A stretch of 33,070 nt of DNA from a virus (taxonomy: Duplodnaviria > Caudoviricetes). Both the position numbers and the translations under genes were made by a program. The stretch spans positions 1 to 33,070 of the IMG/VR virus record IMGVR_UViG_3300012286_000260; one strand, written 5' to 3'. The notes beneath the pieces are model-generated. The model was given only the letters and a program-made list of their open reading frames with translations. It had not been told where the DNA came from and made no database searches. This document shows positions 16,901 through 25,084 of this stretch, in pieces (positions within the stretch are counted from its first letter, which is position 1; each line of letters starts with the position of its first letter).

Positions 16901-19822
16901 GAGTTTGCGGGTACAGTAAGTGCTGCAGAACTACTAGCATATAAGCAAGCTAACTCAAGAAGCCCACTTACTGTTGCACAAGGCAAGAGTTCTTTTGGAG
17001 AGATGTATGCAAAGTCTGATCAGGGTAAAGCTACTGCTGCAGGACTAAGAAAAATAATTGGTTCACAAGGCATGCAAGAAGGAGCTCAAGTATTAAAAGA
17101 GCAACTCTCTGCAGCCGTCGCTTCTGGAGTGTTTACAACAGCACAAGCTAGAAGCGTTGCACTTAGTATCGGAAGAGAAGTTGGAAATATTCAACTTGGA
17201 CTTCGTGTTAACGCAGAGCTTGCAAATGTTTTTGGTCCAGATGGAAAAAATATTTTGGGTACAAATGGAATCAATCTTAGAGTAAACTTAGTACAAGAGC
17301 AGATGGATAAAGCAAATAGTTTAGCTAAGCAGACCAATGGCGATGGAAGAGGGTTAGGAAGAATTCCTATTGGAAGCAATAGAGTTCTTGGCGGTGGAAT
17401 GGATAAGGGTCTATTTACGGCAGCATCTATAATTGGTGCAGGATCTACTGGTGTTCAACTTGGTGCAGCATCAGGTGCTGCTGTTGGTTCATTGTTTGCA
17501 GGAGTTGGAGCAGCACCAGGAGCAGCAATTGGTTCAGTAGTTGGTGGAATAATTGGAATTAGCACTGGAGCATTCATGGCTGCAAAGTACATGGGGCAAG
17601 CTGCAGCTCGTGTTGCAGGATTTGCTGCACAGACAACAACAGCCTATAAGACTGCGAATGATTTAAGCAATCAAATGCAAGCTGCTTTGCAATTGTCATA
17701 CGCAGATGCAATAAAGAAAGCAAAAGCTGATAAGGATATTTTGAAGGTAAGAAGACTTGAGCTAGAGCTTGCAAAAAAGAGTAAAAGACTACAGGAACAA
17801 GGACAAAAAACAAGACAAGACGCTGTTGACTTTTATGCAAACTCAAAGGGATTAACTAGAAGAGAAACAAGAAAAGCACTTGAAGAAACAACAAAGCGTA
17901 AGTATAAAGACGATGCTCAGCAGTCTATGTACGTAAATGATGCAACAAGTGTTGCAAAGAACATGAGTGGAACCCTTGAAGGTAAGATTCAAATGATGAT
18001 GGGCAATGGCTCAATGACTCCTGCACAGGTTGTTGCTCTTGATAACATGATTGCAGATGGACCACAGAAGACAAAAACTTTTAATATTGTTGCACAGATT
18101 GATACTAAGTTTGGTGGAGTTGCAGCAGGATCAGGTGTTGATGTAGCTGGTGGGTTTACTAACCTTATAGGAGAAACAAATACAAATGCAGTAAATACAT
18201 TCTTTGTTGATATTAGAAAAGCTAAGTCACAGAAGGAAGTTGATGACCTGCTAAACCTTTATGGAACATTGTCAATGGGTAATGGATATCTAGATGTTGG
18301 AATGCTTGTAGAGTATTACCAAAAGAATCCAAAAGCAGCAGAAGAACTTAATAGTCAGCTTGATGCACTTAAGGAAAACGGTGGAAAGATTGACATTGCA
18401 GTTCTTCAAACATTCTTGCCACCAAAGGTTATGGGTGCAATTAATCAGGACTACTTCAAAAACCTTGATCAAAATTCTCGTCAGGTTTATACAACTGTTA
18501 TTGCTCAAATTCTTGATGTTAAGGATCCAAAGGTAATTACAGAAAGCGGTGACTTTGACACATGGATGAATGACACTAGTGAGTTTGGTGGAGCAAAGTA
18601 TAAGGGACAAAAGCATGCAAGAGTCACATGGGCACAAATGTATGCAGCAGCAAAGGCTGAAAAGGTCACAACTGAAAACCCTGCTCTAACCCCAGTTGAT
18701 TACAATGGCGGTAAGCAGTCTGGTGCTGGAGAAAGAGATACGACATTTGATGAAACATTAACTGCTCTTAAGCGTACTAGAGATTCAAGAATTAATGAAA
18801 CAGGTGGAAAGAATGAACTTCTTCGCATCCTTGGTGGAAAGAAAGACATTAAGATATTTGAAGGACTTGATCAGCAGCTATCTAAGCTTGGTGCTAACAC
18901 AGCATTTATTGACTGGGTTGGTGGATTAGAGAAGAGTGTAAGAAACAAGTTAATCACAGTAGCAAAAGATGGAACAGTTGCTCTTAAGGCATTAGGTGAG
19001 GCAGCAAAGAAAGCATTTAACGAAAAGGCATTAGGAGCCTGGAGCGTGAGTTCTGTTCTTGCTACTCAGGCAGCTAAGGCACAAAGAACAGCCTTTGTAA
19101 AGTTAAAGAACTCAGGAGTTGAAACTTCAGAGGCAATGAATTTAGTTGCAGACGCTGACCTTGCAGTTGCAATTGCCAGCGTAAAAACTTCAGGGGAAGT
19201 TCAAAAAACTGTAGATCAGTGGAAAGAATCAAAGCGTCAAGCAGAGATAACTCTTGCCATGACAGATCCAAAACAGTACTTTAGTGATATCAATGATGAG
19301 TTAAAGAGACAGTATGACTATCAGCAAAAGATAATGGCATTACAGAGAAGTGCTACAGAGTCTAAGATTTCTGGAGACTATATTGGTGCATCTATGCTTG
19401 GTCAGCAAAAGATTCAAGAAGTTTCACAGTTTAATCAAGAATCAAAGCCAATTGATTTTGCTAACAAGTTAGCTGTAATGAAGGAAGCTCTTAATATTGC
19501 TAAGAACTCTAAGCTAAAGGATAAGGGGCAGATAGCATTAATTCAGTCAACTCTTAGCCAAGGCTCTCTTGGTATAGATCAGCTAAGATCATTTAGCCCA
19601 GACCTAACAAAGGCAGCTGCTCTTCAAACAGGAAATCCAGCAATTGCAAATACATTTAGTAATCAGGTATCAGCAACTACACCAACCTCTGGAACAGTGT
19701 ATAATGTTACTATGACAGTTAATGGGGCCAAGGCAGATGCTTCAGATATCGCTAATCAGGTTATCAAGAAGCTTGGTGTTAAAACAACACAAAATAACAA
19801 ATCAAATGCGGTGACCCCATAA
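10949..19822 (+). CDS. tail tape measure protein, TP901/PhageMin_Tail type (2957 aa as given; 2299 aa without the internal duplication)
   Basis: GTG start with SD GGAGG; core motif AVENQTVVNIEDLTTAIPKAGPVVKQLGGSVEDL...MKEGGINASEGANALKSGLASLINP; Ala/Gly-rich helices, hydrophobic segments and a Gly zipper; C-terminal YNVTMTVNG. Confidence 0.93.
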   Translation: MADVNANIGVNINTASALAGLKNLQRQLATFHSSVAQGSAQTAAAQRGLQTNLLNSINATGMFTAKMGLVRTSTESFTHALENNKLTMREYFRFAGASTKTFGRMFKSEFDTIGKVAQDRVKKMQTQYIKMGRDASGAMKAMAITPNTLNMKDYATQTAVAAQKQALFNQLVRQGSTNLLNFGKNTQWAGRQLMVGFSIPLAYFGTAAAKTFMKLEEQAIRFKRVYGEMFTTSEETDKALKDIEGLAKSFIQYGVKVEDTMKMAADAAAMGKMGAELTAQVAQATKLAVLGSVEQDKALETTISLTNAFGISADQLAQKINFLNAVENQTVVNIEDLTTAIPKAGPVVKQLGGSVEDLAFFLTAMKEGGINASEGANALKSGLASLINPSKKASEMLSGLGININAIVEGNKGDLKGTVIGFAQALDTLAPLERSRAIEQLFGKFQFARLSTLFQNITKDGTQANRVLGLTNASVEELAILSEREMNKVKDAVGTNFKASMENLKVSIAPIGKTFLEAVTPIVKFLGKLFEKFNGLDDGVKKFIVTAGALVGIIGPVLLMTFGLVANGVANIIKLFLAMRVGFMKIGGSSKILAEQTTYLNAAQLESATVAASLNQAHTQLTQRFEFEAAAVRALRNAYVEATVAAAKFARSNPGAMMGPGARPAGPRRYAGGTTNVPGPRGAGDIVPTLLSPGEAVIPAGVAQSPDFKPIIAGMVNGSIAMNDVGTTGAGNPANNGNGTRGVTLKSLGIAENAPSVPRVIPTQESPLTLSAQATRKQKALQRYFDIKYGPNSGASPEAKAAYASNKNGFRDLTKRLVFDPTTKKYTYINAKGIAGAQITAREIEQRIKYTFKEAQSGLGKYSTKSITPSTLNRHLERIKQQGTGAPSAVKSLRQKMNLKDSAIAAREGEKLHKELTKAGLSKAEIQNFMSNKEESHILKPKDSATKWQSGHTISDHRGLNNYLNRAGGSTMGKLINNPKLILPKSQGGLGLSQKDVLQLKNDYKFAQLEKHPTTPQELSKFARLAALEVAAHESGIAKVDKIYQSKGVLALAKVRTPEYYKDIAKRIIKLGPTPKALSEVVAVSKGEKQSAPGKKPVTLTGQNTQPKPAGMQTTSRNVADNRITTLDKGGSIIPKGVRIRGGIDGINTVPPGMAVSAIDRQFNAEQNSLRRQIELQEKRRLAALRLEAKLKEQEKARLKAEANARAKQAQLDATNAAKARAGLAKFSERATQGLGALSGLTIAASFAGGEIGSMAQKIMPFIFGLQGVAMLLPALVKWQGLVGLTVAAFVAAQMWINNSAKNARNQMLDLAEATGSASENIKKMSEFAGTVSAAELLAYKQANSRSPLTVAQGKSSFGEMYAKSDQGKATAAGLRKIIGSQGMQEGAQVLKEQLSAAVASGVFTTAQARSVALSIGREVGNIQLGLRVNAELANVFGPDGKNILGTNGINLRVNLVQEQMDKANSLAKQTNGDGRGLGRIPIGSNRVLGGGMDKGLFTAASIIGAGSTGVQLGAASGAAVGSLFAGVGAAPGAAIGSVVGGIIASAVKSLRQKMNLKDSAIAAREGEKLHKELTKAGLSKAEIQNFMSNKEESHILKPKDSATKWQSGHTISDHRGLNNYLNRAGGSTMGKLINNPKLILPKSQGGLGLSQKDVLQLKNDYKFAQLEKHPTTPQELSKFARLAALEVAAHESGIAKVDKIYQSKGVLALAKVRTPEYYKDIAKRIIKLGPTPKALSEVVAVSKGEKQSAPGKKPVTLTGQNTQPKPAGMQTTSRNVADNRITTLDKGGSIIPKGVRIRGGIDGINTVPPGMAVSAIDRQFNAEQNSLRRQIELQEKRRLAALRLEAKLKEQEKARLKAEANARAKQAQLDATNAAKARAGLAKFSERATQGLGALSGLTIAASFAGGEIGSMAQKIMPFIFGLQGVAMLLPALVKWQGLVGLTVAAFVAAQMWINNSAKNARNQMLDLAEATGSASENIKKMSEFAGTVSAAELLAYKQANSRSPLTVAQGKSSFGEMYAKSDQGKATAAGLRKIIGSQGMQEGAQVLKEQLSAAVASGVFTTAQARSVALSIGREVGNIQLGLRVNAELANVFGPDGKNILGTNGINLRVNLVQEQMDKANSLAKQTNGDGRGLGRIPIGSNRVLGGGMDKGLFTAASIIGAGSTGVQLGAASGAAVGSLFAGVGAAPGAAIGSVVGGIIGISTGAFMAAKYMGQAAARVAGFAAQTTTAYKTANDLSNQMQAALQLSYADAIKKAKADKDILKVRRLELELAKKSKRLQEQGQKTRQDAVDFYANSKGLTRRETRKALEETTKRKYKDDAQQSMYVNDATSVAKNMSGTLEGKIQMMMGNGSMTPAQVVALDNMIADGPQKTKTFNIVAQIDTKFGGVAAGSGVDVAGGFTNLIGETNTNAVNTFFVDIRKAKSQKEVDDLLNLYGTLSMGNGYLDVGMLVEYYQKNPKAAEELNSQLDALKENGGKIDIAVLQTFLPPKVMGAINQDYFKNLDQNSRQVYTTVIAQILDVKDPKVITESGDFDTWMNDTSEFGGAKYKGQKHARVTWAQMYAAAKAEKVTTENPALTPVDYNGGKQSGAGERDTTFDETLTALKRTRDSRINETGGKNELLRILGGKKDIKIFEGLDQQLSKLGANTAFIDWVGGLEKSVRNKLITVAKDGTVALKALGEAAKKAFNEKALGAWSVSSVLATQAAKAQRTAFVKLKNSGVETSEAMNLVADADLAVAIASVKTSGEVQKTVDQWKESKRQAEITLAMTDPKQYFSDINDELKRQYDYQQKIMALQRSATESKISGDYIGASMLGQQKIQEVSQFNQESKPIDFANKLAVMKEALNIAKNSKLKDKGQIALIQSTLSQGSLGIDQLRSFSPDLTKAAALQTGNPAIANTFSNQVSATTPTSGTVYNVTMTVNGAKADASDIANQVIKKLGVKTTQNNKSNAVTP
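13608..17555. repeat. 1974-bp in-frame direct tandem duplication inside the TMP (13608-15581 and 15582-17555)
   Basis: 658 codons repeated; sense and antisense translations are identical between copies; junction GGAATAATTG|CTTCTGCGG. Confidence 0.95.
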
Positions 19823-20328
19823 TGGCCTATGCAATTCAAGCAGGTATTCAGGTTTCTTTAAACGGTACCACATGGTATAAATTAACAGACCATAATCGTG
19901 AACCCATTCAAACGGACATAGAGCTTATTGAGAGCCAGTCTAGAATGGCCAATGGAAGCCTTAGAAAGTACATTGTAGCCAAGAAGCACAAGGTATCCAC
20001 CTCTTGGATCTTCCTACCCACCAAAACGGCTGAGACGGCTGATGGCAACTATGGAGCAGCATGGATTGAGTCATTTTATAATGCTAATTCTGGGATTCCT
20101 ATTTATTTAAAGATTGTTGAATCTGTTCTTGAGGCAGACCCAGCTACAGGGGCAGTTCCAGATGAATCAGGAAATAAATTTAAAACGGCAGCAACTGAGT
20201 CAACAGTAACAAATGCAACGGGGTCAAAAACTTATAGTGTATTTATAACTAACTTCTCTAAGACCATATCAAAGAGAAGTAGAATTGCTGACTACGTAGA
20301 TATAGATATTGAATTTACGGAGATCTAA
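19822..20328 (+). CDS. putative distal tail protein
   Basis: First gene after the TMP with TAATG coupling; RMANGSLRKY..AKKHKVSTSW..LP is typical of small Dit-like proteins. Confidence 0.6.
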   Translation: MAYAIQAGIQVSLNGTTWYKLTDHNREPIQTDIELIESQSRMANGSLRKYIVAKKHKVSTSWIFLPTKTAETADGNYGAAWIESFYNANSGIPIYLKIVESVLEADPATGAVPDESGNKFKTAATESTVTNATGSKTYSVFITNFSKTISKRSRIADYVDIDIEFTEI

Positions 20329-23300
20329 TGCTAACAAACGTAAGCTCTTCTGTATTCTCAAATTCAGATTCAGTTGGAATGATTCCCGTTGTTTCTGCTG
20401 AGTGGAACCACAATCTTTTTAATCCACCATTTATTACTGTAGCTGGTCCAGGAACACCAATGACTGTTGCACTGTCTTCATCTGAGGGAGCTGTGTCTTC
20501 TGTTACTGAAGGAGCAAAGCCTAACTTTACAACAAAAAGCCTACCAATGGATGAAGGAAAAGGATTTGTTGAATACACTGTTACTGCAAACAATAAAAAT
20601 GCTTACAAGATAATCACATATGTTAAAAGTAGCAGTCCAACTCCAGTAATGGTTTCGTCCTTTGCAGAAGGACCAAACTCAGAATTTGGATCAACACAAG
20701 AAGAAGTAACTTCTTTGGGTTGGACAAAGATTGTAACTTTAATGGGTGGGCCTTTATATTCAGATCAAACTATTGCAACTTTTAATTATAGAATGAACTT
20801 TAATACACTTAGCGGTATTGATGAAAGCCCAACTATCTATTTTACTGTCCCACAGGTCTATGAAACATCCTGGATGAACTACACAAATGATTCCCTGTGG
20901 CCTACAGATAGCGTGTTTCAGTTTTTTAGACCAGGGGAGTCTTACGTATCGTCTGGAAACGTTAACTGTTCTTTGCCTTCAAGCTATAGAAAAATCAACA
21001 CATCAATAATCAATAATTATTCTGGAGCACATTACTCACCAATTAGTTCTATCACGCAGACTCCATCTTTCTTCTTTGCATCGCCACCAGTGCCAGGAAT
21101 TAAAAATTCTTTGCCAACAGATATTTCTCCATACAAGTATTTTGTTTCTGACAGCATTAACTCAGAAAATAGTTATACCCCAAGCATAGCTGGACTATAT
21201 GAAAGTCCAATTCTAGCAAATAAAATTGTTATTAAGTTTAACACTCTTATCACTACTCCTACAATAAATATTAAGATCAATGATTCTTTAATTACTGTTG
21301 ATGGAAGTCAGAACATTACTCCACCATCAAACTCAGATAGCTTTGTAACGGGACTACTTACTCTTTATTGGACAGGTAGTGCATGGACAAAAACTAAATG
21401 GTCAGATATGCCAAAGTTCACAAACGCAGGGGCAGTAAGCAAGGTAACATCTATTAGTAAAATCTCTGTGACACAAGTATCTGTAGCAATAAAGACACAG
21501 TTTTCTTCGTATGATAATGTGTATACAGATGATGACTTCAAGGCTATGCATCTTGTGGAGATCTCTCCTAGACTTGAAATTGATCTATCTGATTTTGTAG
21601 AGAATTTGTCAGTGGATAAATCCTTGGACTCTCAGAGTACTGTGCTTCCCATATCGTCAATTAATGCTGACACAATGAGTGTTAGGCTTTCTGCAATACC
21701 ATTGCTCAATAATAATTTGCCAGTTAATATCTTTGCTGGCCAGACTGATAACAGTTCGGTAGTGCTTAAAAATCTGCTAAGAAAAAATGTAAAGTTTTAT
21801 GTTAGCTTTAACATTTTTGAGTATTCTGATCTAAGTGCAGGAACAACATCAACAGCAAGCTCATATATACCAGGCGGTGTCTTTTACTCTGACAGCTGGG
21901 ATGAAGAAGATATTAACTCTGTATCTGTGCAATGTTTTGATTCGTCCAGATATCTACAGTCTATGCCTGCACCAGACTATGTTGCAAATCTAAAGACGGT
22001 ATTTGAGATCATTACAAACATTCTTGACTCAGCAGGCTTTACTGACTATGACTATGACTCTTTGTATAGAGTATGTAATAGCAAAGCTATTCCAATGGAC
22101 ATTTCTTATTTTTATTGCAACTCAAAAGACTCAACAGTGATTGATGTTCTTAATAAGATTTTTATTGCCTATCAAATAGGATGTTATATTGATGAGTATG
22201 GAGTAATGAAATTCTTGAGCCTGTATGAGATTTTGTCTTCAACATCCTCTTCTTTATCAATATCTGATTTTGACATAGAGCAGGAAGGTTTTTCTGTTTC
22301 CAACAAAGCAAAGCCAGGAAAGATATCTCTAAGATATCAAAGCCCAAAAGTAAAGCAATCTCCTTCTTTGCAAAATGTTACAAACCCTGCAATTGCTGAC
22401 TCTCCTTCTTTTGTGTACACAACCTCTAACGATGTAGTTTGGCAGCAGCAGTCTATAGATTCTGTAGGATTTAATTACATCAAGGATGGAATGGATAAAC
22501 ATTCTAACGTTTTAAATATTAATATCAACGATCTTCAAAATATATTCCACACATTTAATCGTGATGCTAGCGGATATGTATTTATTGAAAATGAGATTGT
22601 TTCTTTCTTGTACAAAGAATACAGAATCTCCAAGGAAGATGGAACGTCAGTTCTTGTATCCATCAAAAATAACCTTGAGCTAGAGTCAGAGATTAACAAG
22701 TTTATTAAGCAATATAGCGTTGGCCTTAAGGTTTCAGACGGAACTGAGAAACAAGATTATGATGTAATAGTTACTCCAACAGGAAATATCACAAATGTTC
22801 AAAGAGGAATGTTTGGAACATTGCCAGCAGAGCATAAGCGAATTACAGACTTAGCAAGCAAGGGATTAATTGAGAAGTTGTACGATCAAAATAGTACAAT
22901 CACAAGCAGCCCTGGATTTACTTCTATTATTGATGGCTATGACTCTGATAATGCTTTGCCAAGTATTGACAAGATTAGTGTATCTTCAGACCTTGGGTCT
23001 TACAGTCAAAACAACAGCTTCTATGATCTTCTAGTGTTTCCAGAAAATGAAATTGATGATAACTATCAAACCTATTCTGTTAAATTTGACATGCCAGAGC
23101 AGGCAGTAGCCTCAGCAGGATTATTCTTTAATATGGAGAGCAATACCTCAGCATCTGGAATGTATAGAGTTCAACTTTTACGAGTAAATAAAATAGATCC
23201 AGTCACTTCTGCACTTTACTCTCCACCAGTGTATAAGTATATTTTGATGATAGACAATGGAGCAGAGATGTTCTGGTCAGAGGTTACTGGGGAATGCACA

Positions 23301-24512
23301 AATATTGTAGATAACTTTTCAAAGATTATCAAGAAGACACCAGTTACAAATGGGTTTGAATATTCCTATGTTAGTGATAATCCATTTAACCTAAAGGTAG
23401 TTCATTATCTTTCAGATGGATCTGATGGAGAACAAGGTTCTGAGGTAGAACCAAAAAGAATAGTTTCTGCCTTCATAAACAATGTGGAAATTATTGGATG
23501 GCAAACTGCTAAGGAAGATGACTATGACGCAGATACACACCCTGGAGGTTCTGGATGGAAGTCAACAGAGGTCAACACCTTAACTGGAATGAGACAGAAG
23601 CCATTCTTTACAGATACTATTGAGACTGGAAGAAAGTTTGGGTTTATGACAAGCCTTCAGCCAATTCAACCAGCGGATATTCATCCTTTAGTATATGACA
23701 ACCCTCTTTATGATTCACCGCAAAATACTCCAGTGTCACCATCTTCTCTTAGAGAAATTCATGCTACACAGAAACCTCTTAAAGAAAGAAGCGTTAGTTA
23801 TTTCTATCAGGATAGACAGTTCCTAAATGGACTCATTCAGGGTCAGCCACTGTACGGCAACTCAAAGACTTACATTATGCAGACTACACCAGAACTATCT
23901 GGAATCAATTACTACGATGTTCAGTACACAACACCTGCAGCAGTATCAGTTGATGTATTGCCAGTAGAGTATATGTGGAAATATTATCCAGGGAATTCGC
24001 AAGAAGATCAAATTTATTATGCAAAAAAGCTTATTGATGAATACTCTTTAGCATACTCAACCCCAATCAATACAGGGTTTAGAGCAAAGATGGCAATTGC
24101 AAACAACTCATCCAGCGTAGTATTTTTACACAAAGAAGCTGACAGCCTAAATGAGTTTACGATTAATCTAAACCTATGGACACACGAGATCGTAGCTCCA
24201 TCGGACCCTGAAATTATAGAACATATTGTTGATCAAACTAACCTATCAGAGGTAGCTCAGATAGACTCTGAGTGGATTCAGTCCAAGCAGTCAGCTCAAA
24301 GAATACTAAAGGTGGTATCCATGGGGGTTGAAGGATTCTCTAAGTCAGTAAACCTAAGCATCTTTGGAAATCCACTAATCCAGGTTGGAGATATAGTTAC
24401 ACTCTCATATTCCCTAAATGGCATATCTAACCAAAAGTACTTTGTTTCTGGAGTTTCTCATTCGTTTGACCAGGGGCTTTCAACAAATATAACGCTAAAC
24501 AGGATTTACTAA
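20328..24512 (+). CDS. large tail tip/baseplate hub protein (1394 aa)
   Basis: Position; hub-like YIDEYGVMKF and C-terminal GNPLIQVGDIVTLSY...YFVSGVSHSF motifs. Confidence 0.7.
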   Translation: MLTNVSSSVFSNSDSVGMIPVVSAEWNHNLFNPPFITVAGPGTPMTVALSSSEGAVSSVTEGAKPNFTTKSLPMDEGKGFVEYTVTANNKNAYKIITYVKSSSPTPVMVSSFAEGPNSEFGSTQEEVTSLGWTKIVTLMGGPLYSDQTIATFNYRMNFNTLSGIDESPTIYFTVPQVYETSWMNYTNDSLWPTDSVFQFFRPGESYVSSGNVNCSLPSSYRKINTSIINNYSGAHYSPISSITQTPSFFFASPPVPGIKNSLPTDISPYKYFVSDSINSENSYTPSIAGLYESPILANKIVIKFNTLITTPTINIKINDSLITVDGSQNITPPSNSDSFVTGLLTLYWTGSAWTKTKWSDMPKFTNAGAVSKVTSISKISVTQVSVAIKTQFSSYDNVYTDDDFKAMHLVEISPRLEIDLSDFVENLSVDKSLDSQSTVLPISSINADTMSVRLSAIPLLNNNLPVNIFAGQTDNSSVVLKNLLRKNVKFYVSFNIFEYSDLSAGTTSTASSYIPGGVFYSDSWDEEDINSVSVQCFDSSRYLQSMPAPDYVANLKTVFEIITNILDSAGFTDYDYDSLYRVCNSKAIPMDISYFYCNSKDSTVIDVLNKIFIAYQIGCYIDEYGVMKFLSLYEILSSTSSSLSISDFDIEQEGFSVSNKAKPGKISLRYQSPKVKQSPSLQNVTNPAIADSPSFVYTTSNDVVWQQQSIDSVGFNYIKDGMDKHSNVLNININDLQNIFHTFNRDASGYVFIENEIVSFLYKEYRISKEDGTSVLVSIKNNLELESEINKFIKQYSVGLKVSDGTEKQDYDVIVTPTGNITNVQRGMFGTLPAEHKRITDLASKGLIEKLYDQNSTITSSPGFTSIIDGYDSDNALPSIDKISVSSDLGSYSQNNSFYDLLVFPENEIDDNYQTYSVKFDMPEQAVASAGLFFNMESNTSASGMYRVQLLRVNKIDPVTSALYSPPVYKYILMIDNGAEMFWSEVTGECTNIVDNFSKIIKKTPVTNGFEYSYVSDNPFNLKVVHYLSDGSDGEQGSEVEPKRIVSAFINNVEIIGWQTAKEDDYDADTHPGGSGWKSTEVNTLTGMRQKPFFTDTIETGRKFGFMTSLQPIQPADIHPLVYDNPLYDSPQNTPVSPSSLREIHATQKPLKERSVSYFYQDRQFLNGLIQGQPLYGNSKTYIMQTTPELSGINYYDVQYTTPAAVSVDVLPVEYMWKYYPGNSQEDQIYYAKKLIDEYSLAYSTPINTGFRAKMAIANNSSSVVFLHKEADSLNEFTINLNLWTHEIVAPSDPEIIEHIVDQTNLSEVAQIDSEWIQSKQSAQRILKVVSMGVEGFSKSVNLSIFGNPLIQVGDIVTLSYSLNGISNQKYFVSGVSHSFDQGLSTNITLNRIY

Positions 24513-24524
24513 ACAGTGCCTTTA

Positions 24525-24533
24525 TGGTATAAT
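24525..24533 (+). promoter_or_regulatory. extended -10 promoter TGGTATAAT
   Basis: Perfect motif in the gap before ATG 24554; SD AGGAG follows. Confidence 0.7.
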
Positions 24534-24553
24534 TGACAAAATAGGAGAATAAT

Positions 24554-25072
24554 ATGGCATTTGTAAAGATATCGGATCCAAACATAATTGACCTTGCTGC
24601 TTGGCACCAGGTAATTAATGTTGTTAATCAGCACACAGATAGCATAAATGCTATAACTAATAATTTTGGTGTTCAGGGAAGTACCTCTGTTGACTGGAAC
24701 TCTGACAACGATGTTACTCATGAGTTTAGCAGCGGACCACAGAAAATGCTATACGGAAGAACAAAGATTAATACTGCATCTGCATCCTACAAGCATAACA
24801 AGCAATTCTTCTATGGAGAGATTTCGTTTGCTCCTAGTGGGTCAGGAACAACAGCCTTTAGTGCTAAGCCAGTGATTACTGGAACAATTCAATTTGGCCA
24901 TGCAAATATTGATGCTCTAGACGACACAGACCATAACATAATTGTAACAATCTTTGCAGTTACAGAGTCTAAGTTTAGCTATAGAGTAACAAGAGCAACA
25001 AGCACAGGTACAACACCCGCTGCATTAACAGGATATTTTTATTTAAATTGGCATGCAATGGGTCCAAAGTAA
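24554..25072 (+). CDS. small tail fibre/baseplate protein with an H-type-lectin/gp53-like C-terminal domain
   Basis: GEISF...AFSAKPVITGT...VTESKFSYRV...LNWHAMG pattern. Confidence 0.55.
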   Translation: MAFVKISDPNIIDLAAWHQVINVVNQHTDSINAITNNFGVQGSTSVDWNSDNDVTHEFSSGPQKMLYGRTKINTASASYKHNKQFFYGEISFAPSGSGTTAFSAKPVITGTIQFGHANIDALDDTDHNIIVTIFAVTESKFSYRVTRATSTGTTPAALTGYFYLNWHAMGPK

Positions 25073-25084
25073 AAGGTACCCAAG

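Noticed and set aside
19873-19881. TGGTATAAA here and at 32795-32803 as promoters
   Set aside because: Both lack the final conserved T, lie inside genes and simply encode W-Y-K
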